Below are positions 48,901-61,199 of a DNA stretch of 64,000 nucleotides, in pieces; positions within the stretch are counted from its first letter, which is position 1, and each line of letters begins with the position of its first letter. The position numbers and the translations under genes were made by a program. Source of the stretch: the human T2T-CHM13v2.0 reference genome, Homo sapiens; NCBI RefSeq assembly GCF_009914755.1, contig NC_060948.1. One strand, given 5' to 3'. Below the pieces are notes generated by a model. The model was given only the letters and a program-made list of their open reading frames with translations, was not told the origin of the DNA and ran no database searches.

Positions 48901-50981
48901 AAAGCTACCGAGTCATTAAAACATGAGAGTTTTTAGAAGAAAACACTCATGCTATGGATTCCCATGAGGGTCATTCTCATGAACTGAGAAACATTTAGTG
49001 TGGAAGCCGTTGAGCCAGACACAGGAAACCCTAGGCTGGTAAGAAACATGGAAGTCAGAAAAAGAAGAGGCAAGTGTAGAGGCCACATCCTACCCAGCAT
49101 CAATCCATTCCACTCCCATTTGGCTCTGGGTATGAAAGCTCTCATATTGGGAGTTTGCCAGGATGACCCCAATTTGCACTCCAAATGCTACTTGCACATT
49201 GAAGTACTCTCAACTGAATTCTGGGCCATGGTGTGGACTGCTTTTGCAATTAAGGGAATGTTGGGTTGGAGTTAGAAGCATCTTTTCTGTCATCTGTCTT
49301 TATTTTTATTTTTATTTTTTTGCAGGTGAAGTTGCTGGACCCCATTTTCCATTCAGCAGATTGTATCCTCACCACAGCTGACCTTATTGCTGCTCAGACT
49401 CTATGTTCCAGGATAAAATCACAAGAAGATGTAGTAGTGCCCCCTCATGATGTGAAGCATGTTCACAGCTGGGAACCAAATTCGAGGTTAATCTAAGTGG
49501 CCTTGCAGACAGATCTGCTAGTGTCTCTCCCTGCGTTGTCCTCAAGATGATGGAAACACTGAGAGATACCTGGTTTTTGGTGTGGTGTGCTACTCTTCTG
49601 GAAGAGTGGTTTTTAGTGCAGGGGGAGGTGATTTGGACGCTGGCGGGTCTTGGCCCACCTCCAAATTCACTGCGGATTCATGATCCACAGAAAAATAACA
49701 CGGAGCCATGCAGCCCAAGCATAGCCACACAGACAGGCCACCAAAATGTAGTGAGGCTAAAAACAAGAAGCACTGAAGTGTGTTAGCCCCATTCCTTTAA
49801 GCAGACTCCACTTACAGGCACACACACACACACACAATGCCACACACACTCGATGTCAAACACTCACAACATGCCCACAGAAACACACAGCATGGCAGAT
49901 CCTGAGGTTGCATAGTTCTGCAGGAGGCCCCACCTGGGAGACAGCAACCCCAGGGAACACAGGCAGGCTGTACCTAGAAATCACATTGGGGCAAGTTTCA
50001 AAGCCCATACAACTTATAGGCTGGCCTGAGGAATTCTGCAGATCCTTTGGGATCCTTAGGGATTTTGCAGTTTATTTCTGGGGCTGTGGTTGATGTTTCT
50101 TCAGGCTGACTCCCACAAGCTCTCTGACCTTGGTTGATGTTTCTTCAGGCTGGCTCACATCTGCCCTCTCATAGTATCATGGGACTATCCTGTGGAATCC
50201 ACAGAAAAGACAGGGGAGAGTCCACTGTCAATGCACCTCCAAGCAGATCTCCTTTTCTGCCAAGCCACAGGGACTTTTTGCTAGGCAACAGTGACATTCA
50301 TTGTGAGGCTAGCCAGAATTCACCATCAGGCCTGGTGCCCTGAGAATAGTACATGCACATTCTTCAGGCAGGTTCAAGAACCCAGCTGTCAGAGCTGCCA
50401 GCCTGCCTAGGCAGAAGAAAATGCACAGGCAAAGCTGGCCTCACATCGGGAAAATGGCTACCTGTGAAAACCCACTGTGACACCCTAAACGTCTTGACCT
50501 TAGGGTCCCATGGGCAGTCTCCACGGTCTCCTCCCGCTGGAGGAGTAGGCATTTCAAGACTGTTAGGTGGTCGCTGGAAACTGCTCTTCTGACTCCATTC
50601 CTGAAAGAGAATGTGTGTGTACAATACCCCAATCCCATGGGGATTGGGATATAGTCTGTTGTGTTGTTCAGTGTTCTTTGGGTGATAGAAGACCCCAGAG
50701 GCAGGTGTCAGCAAAAGCTGGCCAGACCCTTAATCTCACTGCCTCCCTTCATCCTGGGCCTCACAGGTGCTCTCCCAGATAATCAAGAACCAAAAGAAAG
50801 GCAAGTCGATGTTGGAGACATGTTCTCACACTTTGAACTGGCCTGTCATGGGTGCAGATGAGGTTAAGACAGTGTCTCAGAGGCGGTCTGTGGAGATTGC
50901 TACCCTTAGGGTATCCAGTAGTGTTGATGTAAGAGCACTGTGGATTCCTAATGACAGGAGAAAAAAATCACTTGAGAGAAT

Positions 50982-51572
50982 TGTTGGGAAACCAGCCCCA
51001 CAATGCCCCGTGGGTACCCTAAATCCAACAGAGACAAATAATTAGAAAGAGACAGAATGAGAGTTTAAAAGGCAGGTCCAGGGGACCAGAGAATTGGAGG
51101 CTTGCTCATGGCCTGGAGCTCTCAGCCACCACCCAATTTATTGCTTTACAAGCTCTTTGTTCTTAGGGCAGATCTGAGGGGTAGGAAGGGCTGAGGGAAA
51201 GGATTAATCAGTGAGGGAGAACCCGTGAGTCATTCAATAAGATGTATAGCAGTAGCAGTTTCTGTGAATTTCCTCTAGCAAAGGCGTGTGTCTAAACTAC
51301 TTAATATATTTAACTTATCAGGACTGAAATGGATGGGAGAAGGCTTCAGGAGAAGCCAAGATGTTTGATTATACTCCACTGCTTCAAGAGAGTGTTATTT
51401 CCCTGAGCAACCTGTGGCAGCCCGCTGAGCTGTTATGCTCTCTGGGCATAAGGACATGAAGGCAATAAGGAGACTTTTCTCCTCAGAGGCCACCCATGGG
51501 AGTGACTCCCCATGGGAGTCTCACACCGGAGAGATCAACTCATTTGGCATCCCAGAAACTCTCTTTCCCACA
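50982..51572 (-). mobile_element. LTR14C-like 3' LTR
   Basis: TG...CA termini; PPT aaaaaagtgggaca adjacent. Confidence 0.88.
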
Positions 51573-51599
51573 TGTCCCACTTTTTTGTCTCCATTTTTT

Positions 51600-53560
51600 T
51601 AAATTAATAACCACCATTGCTATCATAGCTCATTCACGGTGTCTATCTACTCTCCCAAGATGCTGTCTGCATCAGTAGGTTAAAAAAAAAACAGCATAAA
51701 AAGACACACACCAAAGTAATATTTGCAATTGATGATCCACCTATGGTTTTAATTCACTTTAAAGGATTAGTGTTAAAAAGGCCCTCAGTGGTTCCAGCAA
51801 GAATATCAGCTCTAGGCAACAGGATGGGATGAGCCTGAGATGCGGCAAAAAGTTGTTTTTTCAGTTTAGCAGGATCTAATGTTAAATTATCTTCTTCTCC
51901 TGGTAGGTGATGTCTAATCATCTCCCAGTGGTGTTCAGTGATATTATAAGAGCTAGGAGGAATACGAAATCAGAAGTATTCCAATCACATTGCATTTGAA
52001 TTCTATGCTCCAAGTTCATAATCCGATCTCCCATTCAGATTACTGTCTGATGATCATTAATTTGATTTGCCAATTTTTGATCTATTTGGCTTTGGGAATT
52101 CCAAAGCTTGGAAGAATTTTTCTGCCAACTATGCACAGCGCTCGCAGGTTGAATAGAAGAGTGCAAAGCAAAGCCAGCAGCAGCAGCTATAGCTGTGACA
52201 GATTTAAGACCCATGATGAGAGCTATTAAAGTAAATATGAATCTCTTTGATCATTAAGTATTTCTTTTAGTACTGCAGTGATAATATATATGGAGGAAGA
52301 GGACTCCCAAGTTCTATTGAGGGAAACAGGTATCCAAACTCCTTCTTGGGCCCTAACCAGTAAAATGCTATTATCTTTATTAAAGGTAGAATTAATGCAG
52401 GTAAAAATATGACAGCTGAGGCATGATATGCTTTGAGAGTCAAGCAGGATATTAACTTTTCCTGCTGCTAACATAAAAGGAGGTTTAACACAACTCTGTA
52501 ATGGGACTGTCTGATTAGATATCATGGCTACAACAAATTGAAGTTTTTTACTCTGGGTGTCTGTTTTATATTCTCCTTTCTGAATCCCAACTGGGGTTTG
52601 AGACATCATTAATTTCCACATTTTGGATGTTCTGGACTTATAATTGGATCAATCATTTTTGGCTTTGGAGGAGCCATACCGTTCTCTCCTACTTAATAGG
52701 GTAATTTGTTTCAATTCTTCTATATAATATTGGTACATTATCTGGGTAGTCGTTTGTAAAGGAGTCTCTCTAAAGTCTTTGCTCTGTCCAGTACAATTTA
52801 CTGAAAAGTGACCCCTAGGGGCCCAATCAGTGATGAATCCAATGGAATTATTTTCAATACTGCAGCACTGTTTGCAATACAGTCTTCCCAGGTTAGCATC
52901 TCTAGCTTTTCAGATCATTTAGTGGCCTGCCTGGGGCAGGACTTCTTATTAGGTTTAAATTTATTAATCTGATGATGTGTCATAACATAGCCATGCTCAA
53001 GGTATTTAATTGTGTCCAAAGATTGAAATGTTCTTCCACTGATTACATGAATAGAGGCCTTTCATCCATTATGTGCAGGGACATAAACCATCTGACATTG
53101 TTGATCATAATTTAAACATCCTGCTGTTGGCCCCAGGCAGATGGGAGGAAAGTGATAACCAATGGAAACTTTCATTAACATTCCTTCCTCCTCTGGATGA
53201 GTAGGACCTCAGTTATCTATTGGTCCAGGCATCCAGACACTAGCATTAACATAACCTTCACTGGGGCATCTAACCTTGTAACAGGTCTAATCAGTGGTGG
53301 GAATGGGATGTAGGTCCAATAAGTGTAATTTTGATCTGCCCCTCTGCAGGGAGACTCACCACCAAGGGGATTACCACCATCATAGCTACCATTAGATTAC
53401 TGGTGGTCAGCAGCTTGTGCTGAGACCTCAGTTTCTCTTCTTCAATGTGAGCTAGTCTCCTCATCTGCCCCCAGGTCAGTGGAGTTGTTTAGTGAGTTTT
53501 ACTGGTTTCCACCTGCTTAACAAAGATGTTCATCTGAGCCATCTGATGAACTGGTGGTGC
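51600..53560 (-). pseudogene. env: HERV-K env remnant
   Basis: VPLQSCVKPPFMLAAGKVNI...SCHIFTCINSTFN...ILLVRAQEGVWIPVSLNRTWESSSSI is typical of HML env; many stops. Confidence 0.88.
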
Positions 53561-53699
53561 AAGGACTTTCTGAGGTCTTTTCCTTTTGCTTGAATTCTGG
53601 CTCTTGGCACCACTTAACATGTCTTGTGGGTACCCAGAGAAGAAGCTGATTCTCTCCTGGTGAGATGCAAGCAAATCCTCACCCCCAAAAAGACCCACT

Positions 53700-54230
53700 G
53701 GGGCCTTTTGTTTGGGCCAGTTTTTTGGCTATTGATAAAGAACTATGATTGACATGTCTGCTCTTGTGTCGACCAGACCCTTAAATTGTTTTCCTTGAAT
53801 AGTGACCATACAAATAGGTCTATTGTCAGAGACTTGATTTACCCAATGGGCAGCCTTGCCTGCTGAATTTGTGCTTCCAAATCCTCCTTTTTTTCTGAGC
53901 TTTCTCGTAACTTAACATATGGTAAAAGCAACAGTTGAGCTATTCTGTCATCTGGATTAGTACTCCAGTGGACAATGGAGGAAATAACAATTTGAATTTC
54001 TCCCTGGCAATCAGAGTCCACTACTCCGGTATGTACTTGAATTCCCTTTAATTTTAAGCTGGACCTTCCCAGTATAAGTCCCACCATGCCATTTGACAAT
54101 GGGCGATAGACTCCCATTGGGATCTTCCTGCGAGTCTCCCCAGGAAGGAGGAATACAGCTTTTGTACAGCATGTATTTACTGCCCCACTTTTATCTCTGG
54201 AGGGGGACAATTGCTGTACATTTGTAAAGG
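53700..54230 (-). pseudogene. pro: HERV-K dUTPase-protease remnant
   Basis: GLILGRSSLKLKGIQVHTGVVDSDCQGEIQIVI...DRIAQLLLLPY (dUTPase motifs), followed by a GLVDTRADMS protease-like motif. Confidence 0.9.
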
Positions 54231-54289
54231 GATAGACTGGGATGGGAATACTCTGTTTGGAGTCAGGGATGACCTGCCCTGAATTGGGA

Positions 54290-55955
54290 ATGCCCTGTTT
54301 TGAATCAGGGCCTGGTCCTGAGTTTTGCCTTTTTTGGCTCTTTGTACACTCTCTTTTTGTATGTACTATCCGTCCACAATTATATCAAGATCCAGGGAAC
54401 ACTCATGTGCTTTTTGTTACCCTTAGTCCAGCCACTGCCTGAGAAAGGAGGTTGGCCTTATATAAGTGCCCCTCAATGCCATCACAGGCTGTAATATATT
54501 CACTTAAAGTTTTTCCTCATTTAGATCTGCCTTTACCTTAATAGATCTAATTTCTGCCTGACATTCTGTATTCACATTTTCATAAACAAGCAGCTGAATG
54601 ATCACTTTCCTGGCACAGGAATTCAAAATAGCCTTTTGAGCATCTTCTTGCAAATGTAGCAATAAAATCTGGATAAATCTCCCTTGGGCCCTGTCAAACT
54701 GAGTTAAAAGAAGGATAAGTAGTAACAGGGTCATGAATTTTTTTCCTGGTATCTTCAGCGTATAGTTCTGAGCTGATCAACAGACTCATCACCCATTACC
54801 ATCTGTTGATTTACAGTACCCAATGCCTGTCTGATTCCAAGCAATAGATCAGATGTGATATTAATGGGAGGTTGGGCTTGAGCATGTCTGCATGCCTGAT
54901 TTGTTGCTTCATCTGTCCACCAGGTTTTAAAATGGAGAAACTGAGAGGGAGACAGGGTGGATCGAGCTAATCACTCCCAATCCATAGGTATTAAATGCCA
55001 GTTATAAGCCACAAATTGTAATGAGGAATGAACATAAGAAGAATTTGGCCCATATTGTCCACTTGCTTGCTTTAAATCTTTTTTAATATTTTAAAGGGAA
55101 ATGGCTCCCAGCATGCCTCAGCATGTTCTCTGGGCTTTTCAGCTGGAGAAATAATTATTGGAAACTGCCAAGCATCGAAATCCCCTATTTCTTGTGCCTG
55201 TCAAATGGATGCCTGAATTGCCACTGCACCATAATTTGTATTTGGACTGGCTGGATGCCTGAATTGCCCCTGCACCATAATTTGTATTTGGACTGGCTTA
55301 CAGTATTTTTCTCCCATAATTAACAGGTGGACAAGCCTGGATCATTCCCTCACTGTAACTGGCTGTTGGGCTGTTGAAGCTTCCCTTTACCATAGTCAAT
55401 GGTAGGTCATGCAACAATGGGAGCAGCAAGCCACGTCTCAGTCTCCCATTCCAAAAACTCATAAGGCTGAGGTGGAGGTGGTCATTCTGCACCTTCCCCT
55501 AAAGGCACAGTAGGGGGAACTGTTTCTTTCATATGTTTTTGGAAGTTAGCATATATTCCTTCCCATTTCGCCCCTTTTTTTTTTAAACTAGACAGTGATG
55601 GTTCACTTTGCTGATTATCAGACTCCTGATTATTAAACTTTTCTATGTCATCCTGAAACTTCTCCTTCTTCTCCTCAGTGTGGAAGGGCTCCAGTGCTGT
55701 TTTAATTGCTGACCACCCAGAGCAAGTGGAGAAGGGAATATTGTGGCCCTCTTGGTGTGCTCCTTTTAAGTCTGGTCCGATCTTGTCCCAGTCTTTTACA
55801 TTCATGGTTCCATATTCTGGGAACCAAGGAGAATACTTTTCTATGAGATGGAAAACAGAGGTGAGATTCTGAGTACTCATAATTACTCCTCTATGGCTCA
55901 ATAACTGCTGCACCAGGCTTAAGTAATTAGCAAACTTGTTTTCACCCTGACCCAT
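54290..55955 (-). pseudogene. gag: HERV-K gag remnant
   Basis: MGQGENKFANYLSLVQQLL...SPWFPEYGTMNVKDWDKIG (MA); QLLVYENVNTECQAEIRSIK (CA); frameshifted. Confidence 0.9.
55207..55298. repeat. 46-bp tandem duplication in gag
   Basis: ggatgcctgaattgcc(a/c)ctgcaccataatttgtatttggactggct occurs twice. Confidence 0.9.
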
Positions 55956-56104
55956 ATTTTCCTGAGGTTGCCCTGGAATTCTCTGAGAGCCCTACTGACC
56001 TATAGAGCGTGAGTGAAAAGGTACTCAGCTGTCCTTTGTCAGTCATCCTCCACTTTCCATGCTCTGGCTTTTCCTCACTGGATTATTTGTAGATATTATA
56101 GGGA

Positions 56105-56122
56105 GCACCATGTTGGGCACCA
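56105..56122 (-). promoter_or_regulatory. Primer binding site (tRNA-Lys)
   Basis: Minus strand tggtgcccaacatggtgc resembles TGGCGCCCAACGTGGGGC. Confidence 0.8.
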
Positions 56123-56124
56123 GA

Positions 56125-57008
<884 letters not shown>

Positions 57009-57735
57009 GAGAATGAGTTGCCTTGTTCTGGAGTCCTAGCAATGTTCAATGATTTCTGTCAGAGAACACAAAGCCTCCTGCAAAGTGCAAACATCCTCAC
57101 CCCCCAAAACGAGACCAAAACCCACAACCTGGCTTGTGGTCAGCCTACACTAAGTCCCTTGTCCTCCCTGAAATCCCTGGCAGCCAATAAATCTGTGGTG
57201 AGAGGCAGCCCAACTCAGCAAAAGCCCAATGAAAGACCCTTTCCACAATGGGGAAGGACATGCAGATGGAATGAAACAGAGTCTAGATTACCAGGCAAAA
57301 GCTAGAAATGGCTGCCTGCTTCTCCTCCTAAAGTTATCAGCCCTCTTGTAAAAGCTGGAGAGCAAGAGTCTCCTTGTTGGTGGCTGTAACAGGAATTTAT
57401 GTTTTTAAAATTATCACAGATGTCCAGTCATTAAAACATGACAGTGTTTAGAAGGAAACACTCATGCAATGGATTCTTTGAAGGTCATCTTCCATGAACT
57501 GGGAAATGTTTTATGTGGAAGACATTGAGCCAGACCCAGGAAACACTAGGCTGATGAGAAACAGGTAAGTCAGAATACAAAGAGGCAAGTGTGGAGGCTA
57601 CATCTTGCCTTGTATCAATGGCTCTTACTCCGATTTGGCTTCTGGTATGAAAGCCTTCATATGGGGGTTTGCCAGGATGGCCCAAATTTGCAATCCAAGT
57701 CTTCAAATGTTCCTTGCACATTGGAATACTCCCAT

Positions 57736-58191
57736 TGTAGTGGCATAAGCCATGGACAAAACCCTTCAGACACTGGCTTAAAGAAGGAAGTGACTTTATT
57801 CAGCCGGGAGCATCAGCAGACTGTGTCTCAAAAACCAAGCTCCCTGAGAGAGAGATTCCTGCCCTTTTTAAAGGCTTACAACTCCAAACGGCTCCCTGTG
57901 AAGGGGTCATGATTGATTGAGCAAGCATGGGGTATGTTGCTGAGGCTGCATCTATTGGTAATCAGGATAGAAGAGAACAAAACAGACAGTTTCACGATGC
58001 TTCCTCATACAGTGTCTGGAATCTATAGATAATACAAGCGGTCAGGTGAGGGGTTGATTTTTAATTACCAGTCCTGGAGTGTGGTGCGTGTTCCGTCTGA
58101 CAGTTGAATTCATTTCTGCCTTTCTTTAGGTTTTGATTCCTCTTTCTTTTTTTAAGGTATGAGACAATAGGAGAGGTGGTCTCCCTCCTTA
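57736..58191 (-). mobile_element. LTR2-family 3' LTR
   Basis: Minus strand starts taaggagggagaccacctctc and ends ctaca; PPT aaagtggggaa adjacent. Confidence 0.85.
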
Positions 58192-58216
58192 TTCCCCACT
58201 TTGAGAATCTCACTTA

Positions 58217-60373
58217 TTAGTTGGATTTCTCACTCTCATCCTCCCTAACTAGGTCTTCCTGCAAGACAGATCTATAGTAGTTCATGTAATATACAGGTGC
58301 TGAAGCATTTTGGTGGACCAAGGCAGTAACAAGGCTTCTCATTATTTGAAGGAGTACAAGTAGCAAGCAGGGGAGAAACAAGCAGGTTCCTATTACTATT
58401 ATTATTCCTACTATGAGAGTTTTAAATCTTCCTAACACTGGGAACTGTTTTCCAAATATTGATCCTGGATCAAACCAATGTCAGTGGATATTTTTCATTC
58501 TTTTTCCAGGTAGCCAAAATGACAGTACGTGTGCAAGCTGTGTCCTATCTCTGATTATATTTTTGACCACTTGCCCTTGATGATCTATATACAGACAGCA
58601 ATTGGTTAGGTTAAATTTTCCACAGACCCCTCCTTCAGCTGCTAGCAAGTAGTCTAGGGCTAATCTATTTTGATAGATAGTGTTTCTTATCTGGGTTTCC
58701 TGCCAGGCTAAAAGACTCAAAGCTCTGCCTGTTTTATTAGTGATTATTTCTAAGACAGTGTGTAACTGTATGATTTGGTTGAGCATGTAAATGGGGGTTC
58801 AGTATCCCCATGAGCCATCTTGTGTCCAAGTGGCAGGCACATAGTATTGTATGATTCTTTTAGGGAGACACTCGATATATTTCCATTTACCTATAGCTAT
58901 GCTCCTCTTTTCTCAGGAAGCATAGACTGGGAAGCCTATGAGTTCATGCGTTTTCATGGGCAGTAGGAAAAATGATGGTTTAATTGTGCCGATAACACAA
59001 CTACCTGCCCAGTGTTCAGGTAATGTGTATGCTCTATGCCCAGATATCCAGTATAGTCCAGCATGGGCTGTCCAGTCCTGATGAGACTCTGTGTGGGTCC
59101 ACATGGTTTGCAACTTTGGAAATTTACCAACAGATTTTTCTCAGTGTGGTTTGCACCCCACCATGTGGCTGTTTTTACTGTGCTGTTATACGGCATTTGC
59201 CGAGCTTTTCCCCAAGGCAGGTAAACCTTCCCACAGGGAGGATGAAGTTGTTTCCTTCTATAGCTATTCAATACTGCCCAATAATTGAGGTTCTTTGGAC
59301 CCAGAAGTTGCCAGTGTGAGTCTTCTGGATTGTAATCATATTGGGAATTGGATCAGTAGGCACTTATTCTTGGGCTTCTTAAAGCTATTGGTCTCCCATA
59401 GTGGTTCCCTCATATACATAAAAGGAAGAAACATTGAGGGAATGGACTACATTTTCTGCTAACTGCAGAAACAAATTCTTTGTCTTCCCTGGGAACTCTG
59501 GTACGGGCAGATTTAATTCATCACAGATGGTCTGAAACACTGGTTTGTGAGAACACATTTTGACCTCTTGTCTGACTGAAATATTTACTCAAGGATCCAG
59601 TCCAGCTACATTGATCCCAAGAGTTACATGTTTTCCCTTTTTCCAGTGGGGGTATAGGGGACTGGTGATTATTGGTTCTAAGGTGTTACAGTGGCTGCTT
59701 GTGCAAGAGGAATCGCTCTTTCCTTTCTGAAGCCATACTGGATATTTTTCATTGTTTTTCCAGGTAGCCAAAATGACACAAGACCAGTAATTACATGCTT
59801 TGTCACATCAGCCTAACTCGTAGCAAATATACTTATTCTCTGCTGGATAACTTTTTTCTCAGTCTATACAGCCACATCCTTATCCTTCCTTGATGGTTAA
59901 TATTAATGGTGGCACAACCATCATAATTTAAGATTTTGTGTTTGGGGATTCATTTTTCTTCTGTTTTGCTATTGTTTTATTTGTATAACTTAGAAAAGGA
60001 AGAGTTCTTAATCTTGTTTCAAAGACTGTGATCACAGGAGATTCAGATGCGTTATAGCACATCTGAGTGAAGTTACACAGGCAATTTTCTTTTAAAGTTC
60101 CCAGGCATTCAGAATATCTATAAAAGAGAAAGATTGTTTTAACTTGTTTCCCTACCTCAGTAACATGATGAATACACAGGGAACAGTCCTCCATGTTGGG
60201 AACATGACAGGGTTTAGAAGGAAACACTCATGCAATGGATTCTTTGAGGATCCTCTCCCATGAACTGGGAAACGTTTAGTGTGGAAAACATCCACAGTAA
60301 ACATTGTATAATCAGTCTTTATTATACAAGTCCAAATTTTAAGGAGAATAAATCCCACCATGAGTTTTCTCAT
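58217..60373 (-). pseudogene. env: HERV-E-like env remnant
   Basis: MRKLMVGFILLKIWTC signal peptide; [17 protein letters not shown]...[27 protein letters not shown]; TM FKTLIVGIIIVIGTCLFLPCLL. Confidence 0.9.
60201..60291 (-). repeat. 91-bp macrosatellite fragment embedded in HERV-E env
   Basis: Nearly matches 57435-57525 (aacatgacag.gtttagaaggaaacactcatgcaatggattctttga...gaactgggaaa...tgtggaa.acat). Confidence 0.9.
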
Positions 60374-60395
60374 GCTTCAATCATGTGTAGACCAG

Positions 60396-61170
60396 TCAGC
60401 TTAAAAGTGTGACTGGAGCAGGACTTGTCATCTTTCTGAGTGTCACTTTGCAGTGGTTGCCTGGTCTTGGTCTTACCTCCCAGGTCTCAGGCACTGAAGG
60501 TGTTTCACGATGGTGATGGATCCAGGCTGTGTATGGGTTAGGTACTGTTGGATGTAAAGTCACTGTAGTGTGATTGACTAAGAACAAGTCCTGTATTGGC
60601 CTGTAGTCCTTGGTCCCTGGCTTGAGAACAGGCAAGAGGGGAGTGTTCCATGGTGACTGACAAGGGACTATAATTCCAAAGGCTCTCTGGCATTTGAGAT
60701 GAACCTGGCTGGATACCTTGTCAAGAGCTTGTCTGGGGACTGGGGACTGTCTTTGTCTGACCAGCTGGGCCCCAAAATTAACTTCTATGAGTATGGGGGC
60801 TTGGTTGACTGCGAGCTCTGGAGGCATATCTTTTGCCCACACCCTTGGCCACCACTTAGCCAGAGCTAGTCCTAGCTCTTGGCCTGGCTTAGTTAAGAAA
60901 AGTCTCCATTCCTCCTCCCGGGGTAGATAAGCGCCATAATGAACAGTGATTCAGGTGCCCCTACAGTACAAGTCTGGGGCAAGCAGAAAACTTGTTTTGC
61001 TGAGACCCCTGTGGCTCTGATTATATCAATAGTCTTTTTGGATAAAGGGGTGACCGGGGTGGTTACTACTGAATGTTCCACACCAGTATTGACAAGAAAA
61101 TCAATGTGTTTGCCCCTGACTGTCATACTGACCATGGGCTCATTGGGAGCACCTGAGCCCAGTTCCCCTC
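60396..61170 (-). pseudogene. pol: HERV-E-like pro-pol remnant (protease, RT N-terminus fused to IN C-terminus)
   Basis: IDFLVNTGVEHSVV (protease); PCQSPWNTPLLPVLKPGTKDYRPIQDL...HPTVPNPY then jumps to AWIHH (end of IN). Confidence 0.85.
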
Positions 61171-61199
61171 AGTCCAGTAAATCTTCTGCCAGATTAAAC

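Noticed and set aside
25133-51045. Dozens of 60-180-aa ORFs with recurring motifs (e.g. PLRHCLNLICT, MKALKSGVCQD) suggesting a tandem gene family
   Set aside because: They recur because the DNA is a tandem repeat. Frames, starts and stops are not conserved between units, and I recognise no protein domain.
55482-55955. 157-aa HERV-K matrix ORF as a functional gene
   Set aside because: It ends prematurely, downstream gag is frameshifted and the 5' LTR is interrupted by an Alu; treated as a pseudogene.
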